From Schmidtea polychroa (Eukaryota), in assembly GCA_044892525.1 (NCBI GenBank), contig CM097887.1:128876397-128940396 (forward strand): 64,000 nt of DNA. Direction: 5' to 3'. Positions 1 through 10,382 of this stretch are shown here, piece by piece. Below the pieces are notes generated by a model. That model had not been told where the DNA came from, searched no databases, and worked only from the letters and a program-made list of their open reading frames with translations. A program made the position numbers and the translations under genes. Numbering within the stretch: the first letter of the stretch is position 1; each line of letters starts with the position of its first letter.

Positions 1-2720
1 AATTATTAACATCTAGGTATGACATTTGTGTTGATTCATCAGCTTCAACATGATGTTTGTTGATAAATGTCATTCCACCACGAATACCAGCTTCAAATAA
101 ACGGTAAAGCTCTGGATCTTGAATAAATTCTACTGGTTCAGGTAACTGTTTAATAGCTGATGCCCAACTTAATCCGGGTATGGAAACAAACGATAGAGCC
201 TCAAGTCCATCTTCGTCAAATGTTTTTTCTCTGAAAGCTTCAAAAACATCGGCCAACAGAAAAACATCCAACTTGAGATATACTAGCATGTAATCTAGCA
301 GTGTCTCACAGTTGTATTGTCGCCAGATTCGATTTGCATGTATATAATCTTCTTGACTAACTCCCTCCCAAATCGGTGGTAATTCTGTTATTGACTGTAA
401 AACATCCATTGATGTAGCCATATCATAAGGAAAAATGGTTTTACAAGTCATCATCTGTGATTCGAAAACATCTGAGGTCAGTGGAAGACGTGGCAAGTTT
501 TTTGATAAATTTGCCAAGCTGCTATTTAAAAATTGTAAAGAATCAATGAATCTAATTCTTCTGCCTTTCGATGTCGCTGTAAGTGTGAGAAACTTTTCTG
601 TTGATTGAGGAATAACAATTAAATTCCAATCTGGGAATTTTCCAATTGCATATTTTAATATATGATGAATGTCATATCCACGAAGATTATGAAATACAAC
701 AGGTAAAGACGGATTGATTCTTCTAGCCAAATTACAATCTTGACACGCTGCTCCGAGATATTGACCAGTAAAATGATCATGATCTCGAACAGGTATATTG
801 ATAATCTTTTTACAAAGGTAGCAATGAGTTTGAGTCGTGAATTCTTCCTGCTGTTCCCAAGAGAGTTCCATCATTTCCTTTGATCCATTAATTTTATACC
901 ACGGATAAACTATGTCTGTAGCTATATCATCCAATGCTTGTATGAACTGAATGATACAGTTTTTCCCAACAAATGTTTCATTTCGAATCGGACAACCTTG
1001 ATGAAGAAGCACAAATTCAGATGCAATCGGCTCATGTTTTTGGAAGTGCTTGTCATCTAGAGGTAATATTGATTCAAAGTCCGCATAGACAACAAACTGC
1101 TGTTTTATAGTTTTACTCCAGTCTTTAAATTCGATATATTTATTCTCTGGCATTGAGTATAGAGTCGTCCGCTCCACATTCTTCCTACAAAGACCTATAT
1201 GTCTTTCAAAAGCAGGACGTTTTTGAAACCCATGAAGACACGTATGACACCAATGTGATTGGATTCTGACTCCTTCTACTCTATCTCTGTAATTGAGCAG
1301 TCGATCGAGATTAGTTACAGCCAAAAAATGATAATTTAATTCTAAAATTTAGTTAATATTTTTAATGATTAAAAGAAATATTACCTTCTTCAATCAATAA
1401 GAGATATATCTGAGATCCCGTCGAAGTACTTCTATATACCAAGTCAACGAACCGATTCTTGAAAATATCATTAGTTTTTTGTTTAATTGGATCTTTATTA
1501 TATTTGAGAACATTGATCGCTAGATTTGGATTCATTGCTTCAAATTGGCAAATGTTAACCAACTTCATCGGAAACCATTCAAATTTCCATTTTAAGTCTT
1601 AAAAACAAAATTCAATGATTTATGACATTTATAAATATATATATTACCACTTAAGTTATATTTTGTTGTTCTTTCTCTATCCCGACGTATGTCATCATAA
1701 CGTAATACGGCCAGTATGCTATATAAAAAGCAGAATTGATCATTATTTTGAACATTAACTAAAGCCTGGCAGTTTTTCAGGTAATTTGGCGTTTTAATGT
1801 AACTTGAACCTAAGTAAATATCTTGATTTATATATATATATAATGTAAATAAACTTACCAGATACATGTATTATGTCTGATAATTTAGTTAAATCATAGT
1901 AACTTCTAGTATTTTATGAATTCTCCACCCACTACTTTGTTGAGTGTATTTCTCCAACTTTTCTTTTAATTTTTCAATTCCATCATTAATAAATGAAGAT
2001 GACATTGTAATTGCTTTATTCGACAAACACCATTTTTTAATTTCACCATCCTCTTTGATAAACTCTGCACAAAGTCCAAATTGGATTTTTACTGTCCCCA
2101 TTCGTTGAATATGATCTTCTATTTCTTTGATGAGACAATCTGGAACAACAATGTCAGGAGAATTAATTGCAGATACATCGCTTATCAATTCAACACGAGA
2201 ACCATTTAAGTCAGACTCCCGACGTGGACACAATTGTATGTTAGAGTCTCCATTTCCGTAAAATATTGACTTTCGTTTTGTGGTGCCAGAGTTTTGTCTA
2301 ACTATATTTATAATTAATATTAAACAACTTAAATAACATAACTTGTAACATATTCTTTAATCTGCTTAGGATCGTATGATGTATTCATTTTCGGTTGTAC
2401 TATAAAAAATTAATAATTGTTAATAGTAGAAAGAGTATTACTTTTAGTGATCATCCTGCTCTTCGTTTCTTCGAATCTTCTAAGATGGTGTCCGTGTTGT
2501 CGTACAAACATTAACCACCTACCTGGTGATATAATGAGACATTCCGGACATATGTAACCCGATAAGGTAGAGTCATTTATCTTGAAATATGATGATGTAA
2601 CTGATTTACAGTTCTCCACATCTTCATGACTTTCGGCAATACAAAATTTATATACACTGCATCCGTTCACTAAAAGAAAATAATCATTAATATTAGATAG
2701 AGAATAAAAAATTATTCACT
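1..2720 (-). CDS. polB: Second pPolB copy (mirror of 6392-9111), running off the left edge of the window
   Basis: Reverse complement of the right-arm gene with the same introns and the same frameshift. One visible non-synonymous difference (2655 vs 6457, V/L). The long exon from 1341 has no stop before the edge, so it is absent from the ORF track. Confidence 0.9.
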
Positions 2721-3456
2721 TATATAAGTTAAATTAAAAGTTTAAATGACAAACATTTGAAAAGTTACTGCTTATATATTACACATGATTAAATTCTGAC
2801 CAATCAAAATCAAGGAAGGGGTAGGAAAAATAAATATATTCTGACCAATCAAAATCAAGGAAGGGGTAGGAAAAATAAATGCATTACGTTACAGTATTTT
2901 AAAAGTTCAATATATTTTAAAACACATTTTGATGCTAAAGTTGACTTATTTAACATTTTCATAATAATTTAATAAAAATAATGTGATGAACCCACAAAGT
3001 AATATCATTTTTCATCAAATTGCAAAACAGTAATAACGTTTTCATAAAATTGTAACAAAATAATAACATATTTCAGATAAATTTTCAACAGTTGTAAAAT
3101 ATTTAAACAAATTGTAACAAGATTAGAAAATATTACAACAAAGTAGTAACATATTTCAGAAAATTTCAACAAAGTTGTAAAATATTTATCAAATTGTAAC
3201 TAAAATAATAAAAATATTGCAACAAAGTAATAAAATAATGATGTTAATTGGGACAAATCAATACATTATTTCGAAGACGGACAACAAATTAAAAAGAATA
3301 TTGTAATAAATTGTGAAGTCTTTCAGTAAATTACAACAAAGTAATAACATATTTCGGAAATATTTCACCAGATGTAAAATATTTAAGCAAAATGTTATAA
3401 GATTATAAAAATATTGCAACAAAGTAATAAAATAATACAACATTTTAAACTCTAGA

Positions 3457-4045
3457 TCAATCCATTTTATAGAAAATTAAATTTTATCTCTATAATATAT
3501 GAATAAATATACAAGGAAATTACGTTAACTGTATGAAAAATACAAATTTATCGTAAAAAACATGTGTGTATTACACACAACATACAAGACATAATTTTTA
3601 ATCAAGCTATTTTATAGAAAATTAAATTTTATCTATATAATATATGAATAAATATTCAAGGAAATTACGTTAACGTATAATAAATACAAATTTATCATAA
3701 AAACATGTGTGTATTACACAAAAAACAAGATACATAATTTCTAATCAATCCATTTTATAGAAAATTAAATTTTATCTATATATTATATGAATAAAATCCT
3801 AAGAAAATTACGTTAACTATATGAAAAATACAAATTTATCTTAAAAACATGTGTGTATTACACACAGAACAAGATACATAATTTCTAATCAATCCATTTT
3901 ATAGAAAATTAAATTTTATCTATATAATATATGAATAAAAATCCAAGAAAATTACGTTAACCGCGCGAAAAATACAAATTTATCGTAAAAACATGTGTGT
4001 ATTACACACAAAGCGACAAACTAAAATTGTAATTGAGCCATTTTG
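3457..4045. repeat. Tandem array of four ~144-bp units (left arm)
   Basis: Reverse complement of right-arm units 1, 5, 6 and 7. Confidence 0.93.
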
Positions 4046-4225
4046 TAGAGAATTAAATTCTGCCTATACATGGTTACACTTAAATCCCAATCGAACAAAG
4101 AGAAAAGAGAGAAAAAGAGAGAAAAAAAAACAGTAGAGTAGGGTATTGTGTGGACCCGGGTGAAACCTTTGCATAGATCTCTTCAAGACCTTACGAATGA
4201 TGTGAATAAAATATAATTAAATTTT

Positions 4226-4418
4226 AAAATACCGCAACGTAATATATTTAATAATTAAAATTTCAAAATACCGCAACGTAATATATTTTTAAAATACCGC
4301 AACGTAATATAAATTTTAAAATACCGCAACGTAATATAAATTTTAAAATACCGCAACGTAATATATTTTTAAAATACCGCAACGTAATATAAATTTAAAA
4401 ATACCGCAACGTAATATA
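4226..4418 (+). repeat. Seven copies of an invariant 21-mer AAAATACCGCAACGTAATATA (iteron-like)
   Basis: Core TACCGC starts at 4230, 4269, 4295, 4322, 4349, 4375 and 4402 (spacing 39, 26, 27, 27, 26, 27). Confidence 0.95.
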
Positions 4419-4449
4419 AATTTAAAAAAAAATTTAAAAAAAAAAAAAA

Positions 4450-4520
4450 TACCCCCCTCCCCCGGGGGTATGACGTCATATGTCTTTGTGACGTCATCGA
4501 TGACGTCATATGTCTTTGTT
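4450..4520. promoter_or_regulatory. GC hairpin plus three CRE/ATF sites (TGACGTCA), including a perfect 20-bp palindrome
   Basis: TACCCCC-N7-GGGGGTA at 4450-4470. TGACGTCA at 4471, 4489 and 4501. TGACGTCATCGATGACGTCA (4489-4508) is self-complementary. Direct repeat TGACGTCATATGTCTTTGT occurs twice. Confidence 0.75.
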
Positions 4521-4635
4521 CCCGGGTCCACGCAATACCCTACTCTACTGTTTTTTCTCTCTCTTTTTCTCTCTTTTCTCTTTGTTCGATTGGGATTTAA
4601 GTGTAACCATGTATAGGCAGAATTTAATTCTCTAC

Positions 4636-5655
4636 AAAATGGCTCAATTACAATTTTAGTTTGTCGCTTTGTGTGTAATACACACATGTTTTTACGATAA
4701 ATTTGTATTTTTCGCGCGGTTAACGTAATTTTCTTGGATTTTTATTCATATATTATATAGATAAAATTTAATTTTCTATAAAATGGCTCAATTACAATTT
4801 TAGTTTGTCGCTTTGTGTGTAATACACACATGTTTTTACGATAAATTTGTATTTTTCATACAGTTAACGTAATTTTCTTAGGATTTTATTCATATAATAT
4901 ATAGATAAAATTTAATTTTCTATAAAATGGATTGATTAGAAATTATGTATCTTGTTCTGTGTGTAATACACACATGTTTTTAAGATAAATTTGTATTTTT
5001 CATATAGTTAACGTAATTTTCTTAGGATTTTATTCATATAATATATAGATAAAATTTAATTTTCTATAAAATGGCTCAATTACAATTTTAGTTTGTCGCT
5101 TTGTGTGTAATACACACATGTTTTTACGATAAATTTGTATTTTTCATACAGTTAACGTAATTTTCTTAGGATTTTATTCATATAATATATAGATAAAATT
5201 TAATTTTCTATAAAATGGATTGATTAGAAATTATGTATCTTGTTCTGTGTGTAATACACACATGTTTTTAAGATAAATTTGTATTTTTCATATAGTTAAC
5301 GTAATTTTCTTAGGATTTTATTCATATAATATATAGATAAAATTTAATTTTCTATAAAATGGATTGATTAGAAATTATGTATCTTGTTTTTTGTGTAATA
5401 CACACATGTTTTTATGATAAATTTGTATTTATTATACGTTAACGTAATTTCCTTGAATATTTATTCATATATTATATAGATAAAATTTAATTTTCTATAA
5501 AATAGCTTGATTAAAAATTATGTCTTGTATGTTGTGTGTAATACACACATGTTTTTTACGATAAATTTGTATTTTTCATACAGTTAACGTAATTTCCTTG
5601 TATATTTATTCATATATTATAGAGATAAAATTTAATTTTCTATAAAATGGATTGA
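4636..5655. repeat. Tandem array of seven ~144-bp units (right arm)
   Basis: Unit starts (AAAATGG/AAAATAG) at 4636, 4780, 4924, 5068, 5212, 5356 and 5499. Units carry a TGTGT(GT)AATACACACA hairpin and a TAACGTAATT motif. Confidence 0.95.
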
Positions 5656-5681
5656 TCTAGAGTTTAAAATGTTGTATTATT

Positions 5682-6075
5682 TTATTACTTTGTTGCAATA
5701 TTTTTATAATCTTATAACATTTTGCTTAAATATTTTACATCTGGTGAAATATTTCCGAAATATGTTATTACTTTGTTGTAATTTACTGAAAGACTTCACA
5801 ATTTATTACAATATTCTTTTTAATTTGTTGTCCGTCTTCGAAATAATGTATTGATTTGTCCCAATTAACATCATTATTTTATTACTTTGTTGCAATATTT
5901 TTATTATTTTAGTTACAATTTGATAAATATTTTACAACTTTGTTGAAATTTTCTGAAATATGTTACTACTTTGTTGTAATATTTTCTAATCTTGTTACAA
6001 TTTGTTTAAATATTTTACAACTGTTGAAAATTTATCTGAAATATGTTATTATTTTGTTACAATTTTATGAAAACG
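5682..6075. repeat. Degenerate 83-84-bp tandem repeat (TTATTACTTTGTTGCAATATTTTT...), mirrored at ~3037-3430
   Basis: Unit starts at 5682, 5765, 5879, 5963 and 6046. Confidence 0.85.
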
Positions 6076-6231
6076 TTATAACTGTTTTGCAATTTGATGA
6101 AAAATGATATTACTTTGTGGGTTCATCACATTATTTTTATTAAATTATTATGAAAATGTTAAATAAGTCAACTTTAGCATCAAAATGTGTTTTAAAATAT
6201 ATTGAACTTTTAAAATACTGTAACGTAATGC

Positions 6232-6340
6232 ATTTATTTTTCCTACCCCTTCCTTGATTTTGATTGGTCAGAATATATTTATTTTTCCTACCCCTTCCTT
6301 GATTTTGATTGGTCAGAATTTAATCATGTGTAATATATAA
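6232..6340 (+). promoter_or_regulatory. Pol II-type promoter of pPolB: two copies of a 43-bp block with a reversed CCAAT box, then a TATA box (mirror copy at ~2772-2880, minus strand)
   Basis: ATTTATTTTTCCTACCCCTTCCTTGATTTTGATTGGTCAGAAT at 6232-6274 and 6277-6319 (ATTGG at 6263 and 6308). TATATAA at 6334-6340, about 50 nt upstream of the predicted split start codon. Confidence 0.6.
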
Positions 6341-6391
6341 GCAGTAACTTTTCAAATGTTTGTCATTTAAACTTTTAATTTAACTTATATA

Positions 6392-9300
6392 AGTGAATAA
6401 TTTTTTATTCTCTATCTAATATTAATGATTATTTTCTTTTAGTGAACGGATGCAGTTTATATAAATTTTGTATTGCCGAAAGTCATGAAGATGTGGAGAA
6501 CTGTAAATCAGTTACATCATCATATTTCAAGATAAATGACTCTACCTTATCGGGTTACATATGTCCGGAATGTCTCATTATATCACCAGGTAGGTGGTTA
6601 ATGTTTGTACGACAACACGGACACCATCTTAGAAGATTCGAAGAAACGAAGAGCAGGATGATCACTAAAAGTAATACTCTTTCTACTATTAACAATTATT
6701 AATTTTTTATAGTACAACCGAAAATGAATACATCATACGATCCTAAGCAGATTAAAGAATATGTTACAAGTTATGTTATTTAAGTTGTTTAATATTAATT
6801 ATAAATATAGTTAGACAAAACTCTGGCACCACAAAACGAAAGTCAATATTTTACGGAAATGGAGACTCTAACATACAATTGTGTCCACGTCGGGAGTCTG
6901 ACTTAAATGGTTCTCGTGTTGAATTGATAAGCGATGTATCTGCAATTAATTCTCCTGACATTGTTGTTCCAGATTGTCTCATCAAAGAAATAGAAGATCA
7001 TATTCAACGAATGGGGACAGTAAAAATCCAATTTGGACTTTGTGCAGAGTTTATCAAAGAGGATGGTGAAATTAAAAAATGGTGTTTGTCGAATAAAGCA
7101 ATTACAATGTCATCTTCATTTATTAATGATGGAATTGAAAAATTAAAAGAAAAGTTGGAGAAATACACTCAACAAAGTAGTGGGTGGAGAATTCATAAAA
7201 TACTAGAAGTTACTATGATTTAACTAAATTATCAGACATAATACATGTATCTGGTAAGTTTATTTACATTATATATATATATAAATCAAGATATTTACTT
7301 AGGTTCAAGTTACATTAAAACGCCAAATTACCTGAAAAACTGCCAGGCTTTAGTTAATGTTCAAAATAATGATCAATTCTGCTTTTTATATAGCATACTG
7401 GCCGTATTACGTTATGATGACATACGTCGGGATAGAGAAAGAACAACAAAATATAACTTAAGTGGTAATATATATATTTATAAATGTCATAAATCATTGA
7501 ATTTTGTTTTTAAGACTTAAAATGGAAATTTGAATGGTTTCCGATGAAGTTGGTTAACATTTGCCAATTTGAAGCAATGAATCCAAATCTAGCGATCAAT
7601 GTTCTCAAATATAATAAAGATCCAATTAAACAAAAAACTAATGATATTTTCAAGAATCGGTTCGTTGACTTGGTATATAGAAGTACTTCGACGGGATCTC
7701 AGATATATCTCTTATTGATTGAAGAAGGTAATATTTCTTTTAATCATTAAAAATATTAACTAAATTTTAGAATTAAATTATCATTTTTTGGCTGTAACTA
7801 ATCTCGATCGACTGCTCAATTACAGAGATAGAGTAGAAGGAGTCAGAATCCAATCACATTGGTGTCATACGTGTCTTCATGGGTTTCAAAAACGTCCTGC
7901 TTTTGAAAGACATATAGGTCTTTGTAGGAAGAATGTGGAGCGGACGACTCTATACTCAATGCCAGAGAATAAATATATCGAATTTAAAGACTGGAGTAAA
8001 ACTATAAAACAGCAGTTTGTTGTCTATGCGGACTTTGAATCAATATTACCTCTAGATGACAAGCACTTCCAAAAACATGAGCCGATTGCATCTGAATTTG
8101 TGCTTCTTCATCAAGGTTGTCCGATTCGAAATGAAACATTTGTTGGGAAAAACTGTATCATTCAGTTCATACAAGCATTGGATGATATAGCTACAGACAT
8201 AGTTTATCCGTGGTATAAAATTAATGGATCAAAGGAAATGATGGAACTCTCTTGGGAACAGCAGGAAGAATTCACGACTCAAACTCATTGCTACCTTTGT
8301 AAAAAGATTATCAATATACCTGTTCGAGATCATGATCATTTTACTGGTCAATATCTCGGAGCAGCGTGTCAAGATTGTAATTTGGCTAGAAGAATCAATC
8401 CGTCTTTACCTGTTGTATTTCATAATCTTCGTGGATATGACATTCATCATATATTAAAATATGCAATTGGAAAATTCCCAGATTGGAATTTAATTGTTAT
8501 TCCTCAATCAACAGAAAAGTTTCTCACACTTACAGCGACATCGAAAGGCAGAAGAATTAGATTCATTGATTCTTTACAATTTTTAAATAGCAGCTTGGCA
8601 AATTTATCAAAAAACTTGCCACGTCTTCCACTGACCTCAGATGTTTTCGAATCACAGATGATGACTTGTAAAACCATTTTTCCTTATGATATGGCTACAT
8701 CAATGGATGTTTTACAGTCAATAACAGAATTACCACCGATTTGGGAGGGAGTTAGTCAAGAAGATTATATACATGCAAATCGAATCTGGCGACAATACAA
8801 CTGTGAGACACTGCTAGATTACATGCTAGTATATCTCAAGTTGGATGTTTTTCTGTTGGCCGATGTTTTTGAAGCTTTCAGAGAAAAAACATTTGACGAA
8901 GATGGACTTGAGGCTCTATCGTTTGTTTCCATACCCGGATTAAGTTGGGCATCAGCTATTAAACAGTTACCTGAACCAGTAGAATTTATTCAAGATCCAG
9001 AGCTTTACCGTTTATTTGAAGCTGGTATTCGTGGTGGAATGACATTTATCAACAAACATCATGTTGAAGCTGATGAATCAACACAAATGTCATACCTAGA
9101 TGTTAATAATTTATATGGATGGGCGCTGTCGCAAAAACTTCCTGTTGGTGAATTTAGATGGCTAAATGATCAGACTGAAATGAATGGTATTGTTGAAAGA
9201 TGTGCAAATGGGGATGAGTTTGATGGAGATCGTGGATATGTTCTAGAGGTTGACATCGTCATTCCTGATAGTATACAAGATAAACTAGATGATTTACCTA

Positions 9301-10382
9301 TAGCTCCTGAGCTTTGTTATCCGCCTGGTAGTAAAGTTGAAAAGCTGTTGTTAACTCATGAGCCTAAGAAAAACTATGTAGTTAATGGTAGAGTTTTGAC
9401 AGAGTGGTTGAGTTACGGCGCAAAAGTCACAAAAGTTAATCGTGCTGTAGAATTCAAGCAAGTGGCTATTTTCAAAGGCTATATTGATTACAATACCAAA
9501 ATGAGAGCAGCTAGTACAGATTCGTTTCAGCGAGATTATTATAAGTTAAAGAACAACAGTTTATACGGTAAAACTGTGGAAAACTTGAAGAAACGTATAA
9601 ATTTGAGATTATGCAGCAAAAACAAAAGATTGATAACTTATTGTAGTAATCCTATGTTTCGTCGTAGCATCAAGATTGCGGATGATCTCATTGCTGTTAT
9701 ACTCAATAAGGAAATTGTGTGTTTAGATAGACCAATGTATATTGGACAAACCGTACTTGATTTATCCAAACTTCGCATGTACCAGTTTCAATATAAAGAA
9801 CTACAGAGTTATAGAGAAGAATTCAATTGTCAAATTAATATCGTAGCCGGTGACACAGATTCCTTCTTTTTAGAGTGTAAAAATGTAGATTTACGCTTAC
9901 AACTATATCCAAAAATGATTGCCGATGGGCTCCTAGATACTTCAAATTATCCAGTGACTGATCCATTGTTCTCAGATAAAATTTGTTCGGTAATCGGGAA
10001 ATTCAAGGATGAGAATAAAGGAAATCAATATAAAGAATGGGTGTTTCTTCGACCCAAGTGCTACTCACTCCAAGGCGATAAAAACACTCTAAAAGCCAAA
10101 GGAATAAGACTTACAAACTCTAATCTTACACATGAAGCCTATAAAAAAGTGTATACTGATGGTGGAACAGTGAGCATCCCACAAAAAAGAATAGGAAGTG
10201 TCAATCATCAGTTGTATACTTTCATGACAGAAAAACGAGCTCTCCAATGTTTGGACGATAAAAGGTATTGGTACAATTGTAATGAAAGCTATGCCTACGG
10301 TCACTATAAGATTCGTCAAATGCATATCGCAACTGCTCCGTCTACAAATGAATGCAATCGAAACAAGCACTTTAACAATTAA
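6392..10382 (+). CDS. polB: Protein-primed family B DNA polymerase (Polinton/Maverick-type pPolB), spliced gene of ~1,240 codons with one frameshift; last exon 7771-10382 intact
   Basis: 864-aa ORF motifs: Exo I VYADFES, HNLRGYD, FIDSLQFL, Exo III YLKLDVFLLADVFE, GIRGG, Pol A YLDVNNLYG, Pol B KLKNNSLYGK, Pol C GDTDS, FLRPKCY, KAKG. It also has an endonuclease VII-like insert (CYLC..VRDHDHFTGQYLGAACQDCN). Upstream ORF pieces carry N-terminal motifs typical of this family (SGW..IL, GSSYIKTP..NVQNNDQFCF, FP....QFE..NP..INV, YHFLAVTNLDRL) and join in frame via GT-AG introns 6393-6442, 6671-6712, 6770-6810, 7254-7302, 7465-7514 and 7728-7770. Confidence 0.9.

Larger units (their letters stand above)
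1..9111. repeat. Giant inverted repeat (left arm 1-4160, unique spacer 4161-4520, right arm 4521-9111); left arm truncated by the window edge
   Basis: Position 1 is the reverse complement of 9111. Five ORF pairs mirror each other with coordinate sum 9112 (e.g. 1362..1568 vs 7544..7750). Inner ends TGGACCCGGG (4151-4160) and CCCGGGTCCA (4521-4530) sum to 8681; the 431-bp offset equals three extra ~144-bp units in the right arm. Confidence 0.97.

Noticed and set aside
4226-4418. 21-mer array as a CRISPR array
   Set aside because: Intervening sequences are mostly 5-6 nt of A/T, not unique spacers; no cas genes; eukaryotic context.
4343-4687. 114-aa minus-strand ORF across the spacer
   Set aside because: The translation simply reflects the repeats (KTYDVI twice, ILRCGI repeated) and a purine tract; no protein-like signal.
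5669-5854. 61-aa ORF and its mirror at 3258..3443
   Set aside because: Lies within the 84-bp AT-rich tandem repeat; composition is that of translated non-coding DNA.
7199-7223. Canonical programmed -1 ribosomal frameshift
   Set aside because: No X XXY YYZ heptamer in the 7199-7221 overlap and no evident downstream structure; kept only as an open question.
7245-7520. ORFs 6442, 6879, 7245 and 7544 as four independent small genes
   Set aside because: Their ends run into AT-rich GT-AG introns, and the spliced product restores contiguous pPolB motifs.
10089-10370. 93-aa antisense ORF
   Set aside because: Shadow of the polB coding strand; likewise 29119..29385 and 46267..46461 over the transposases.
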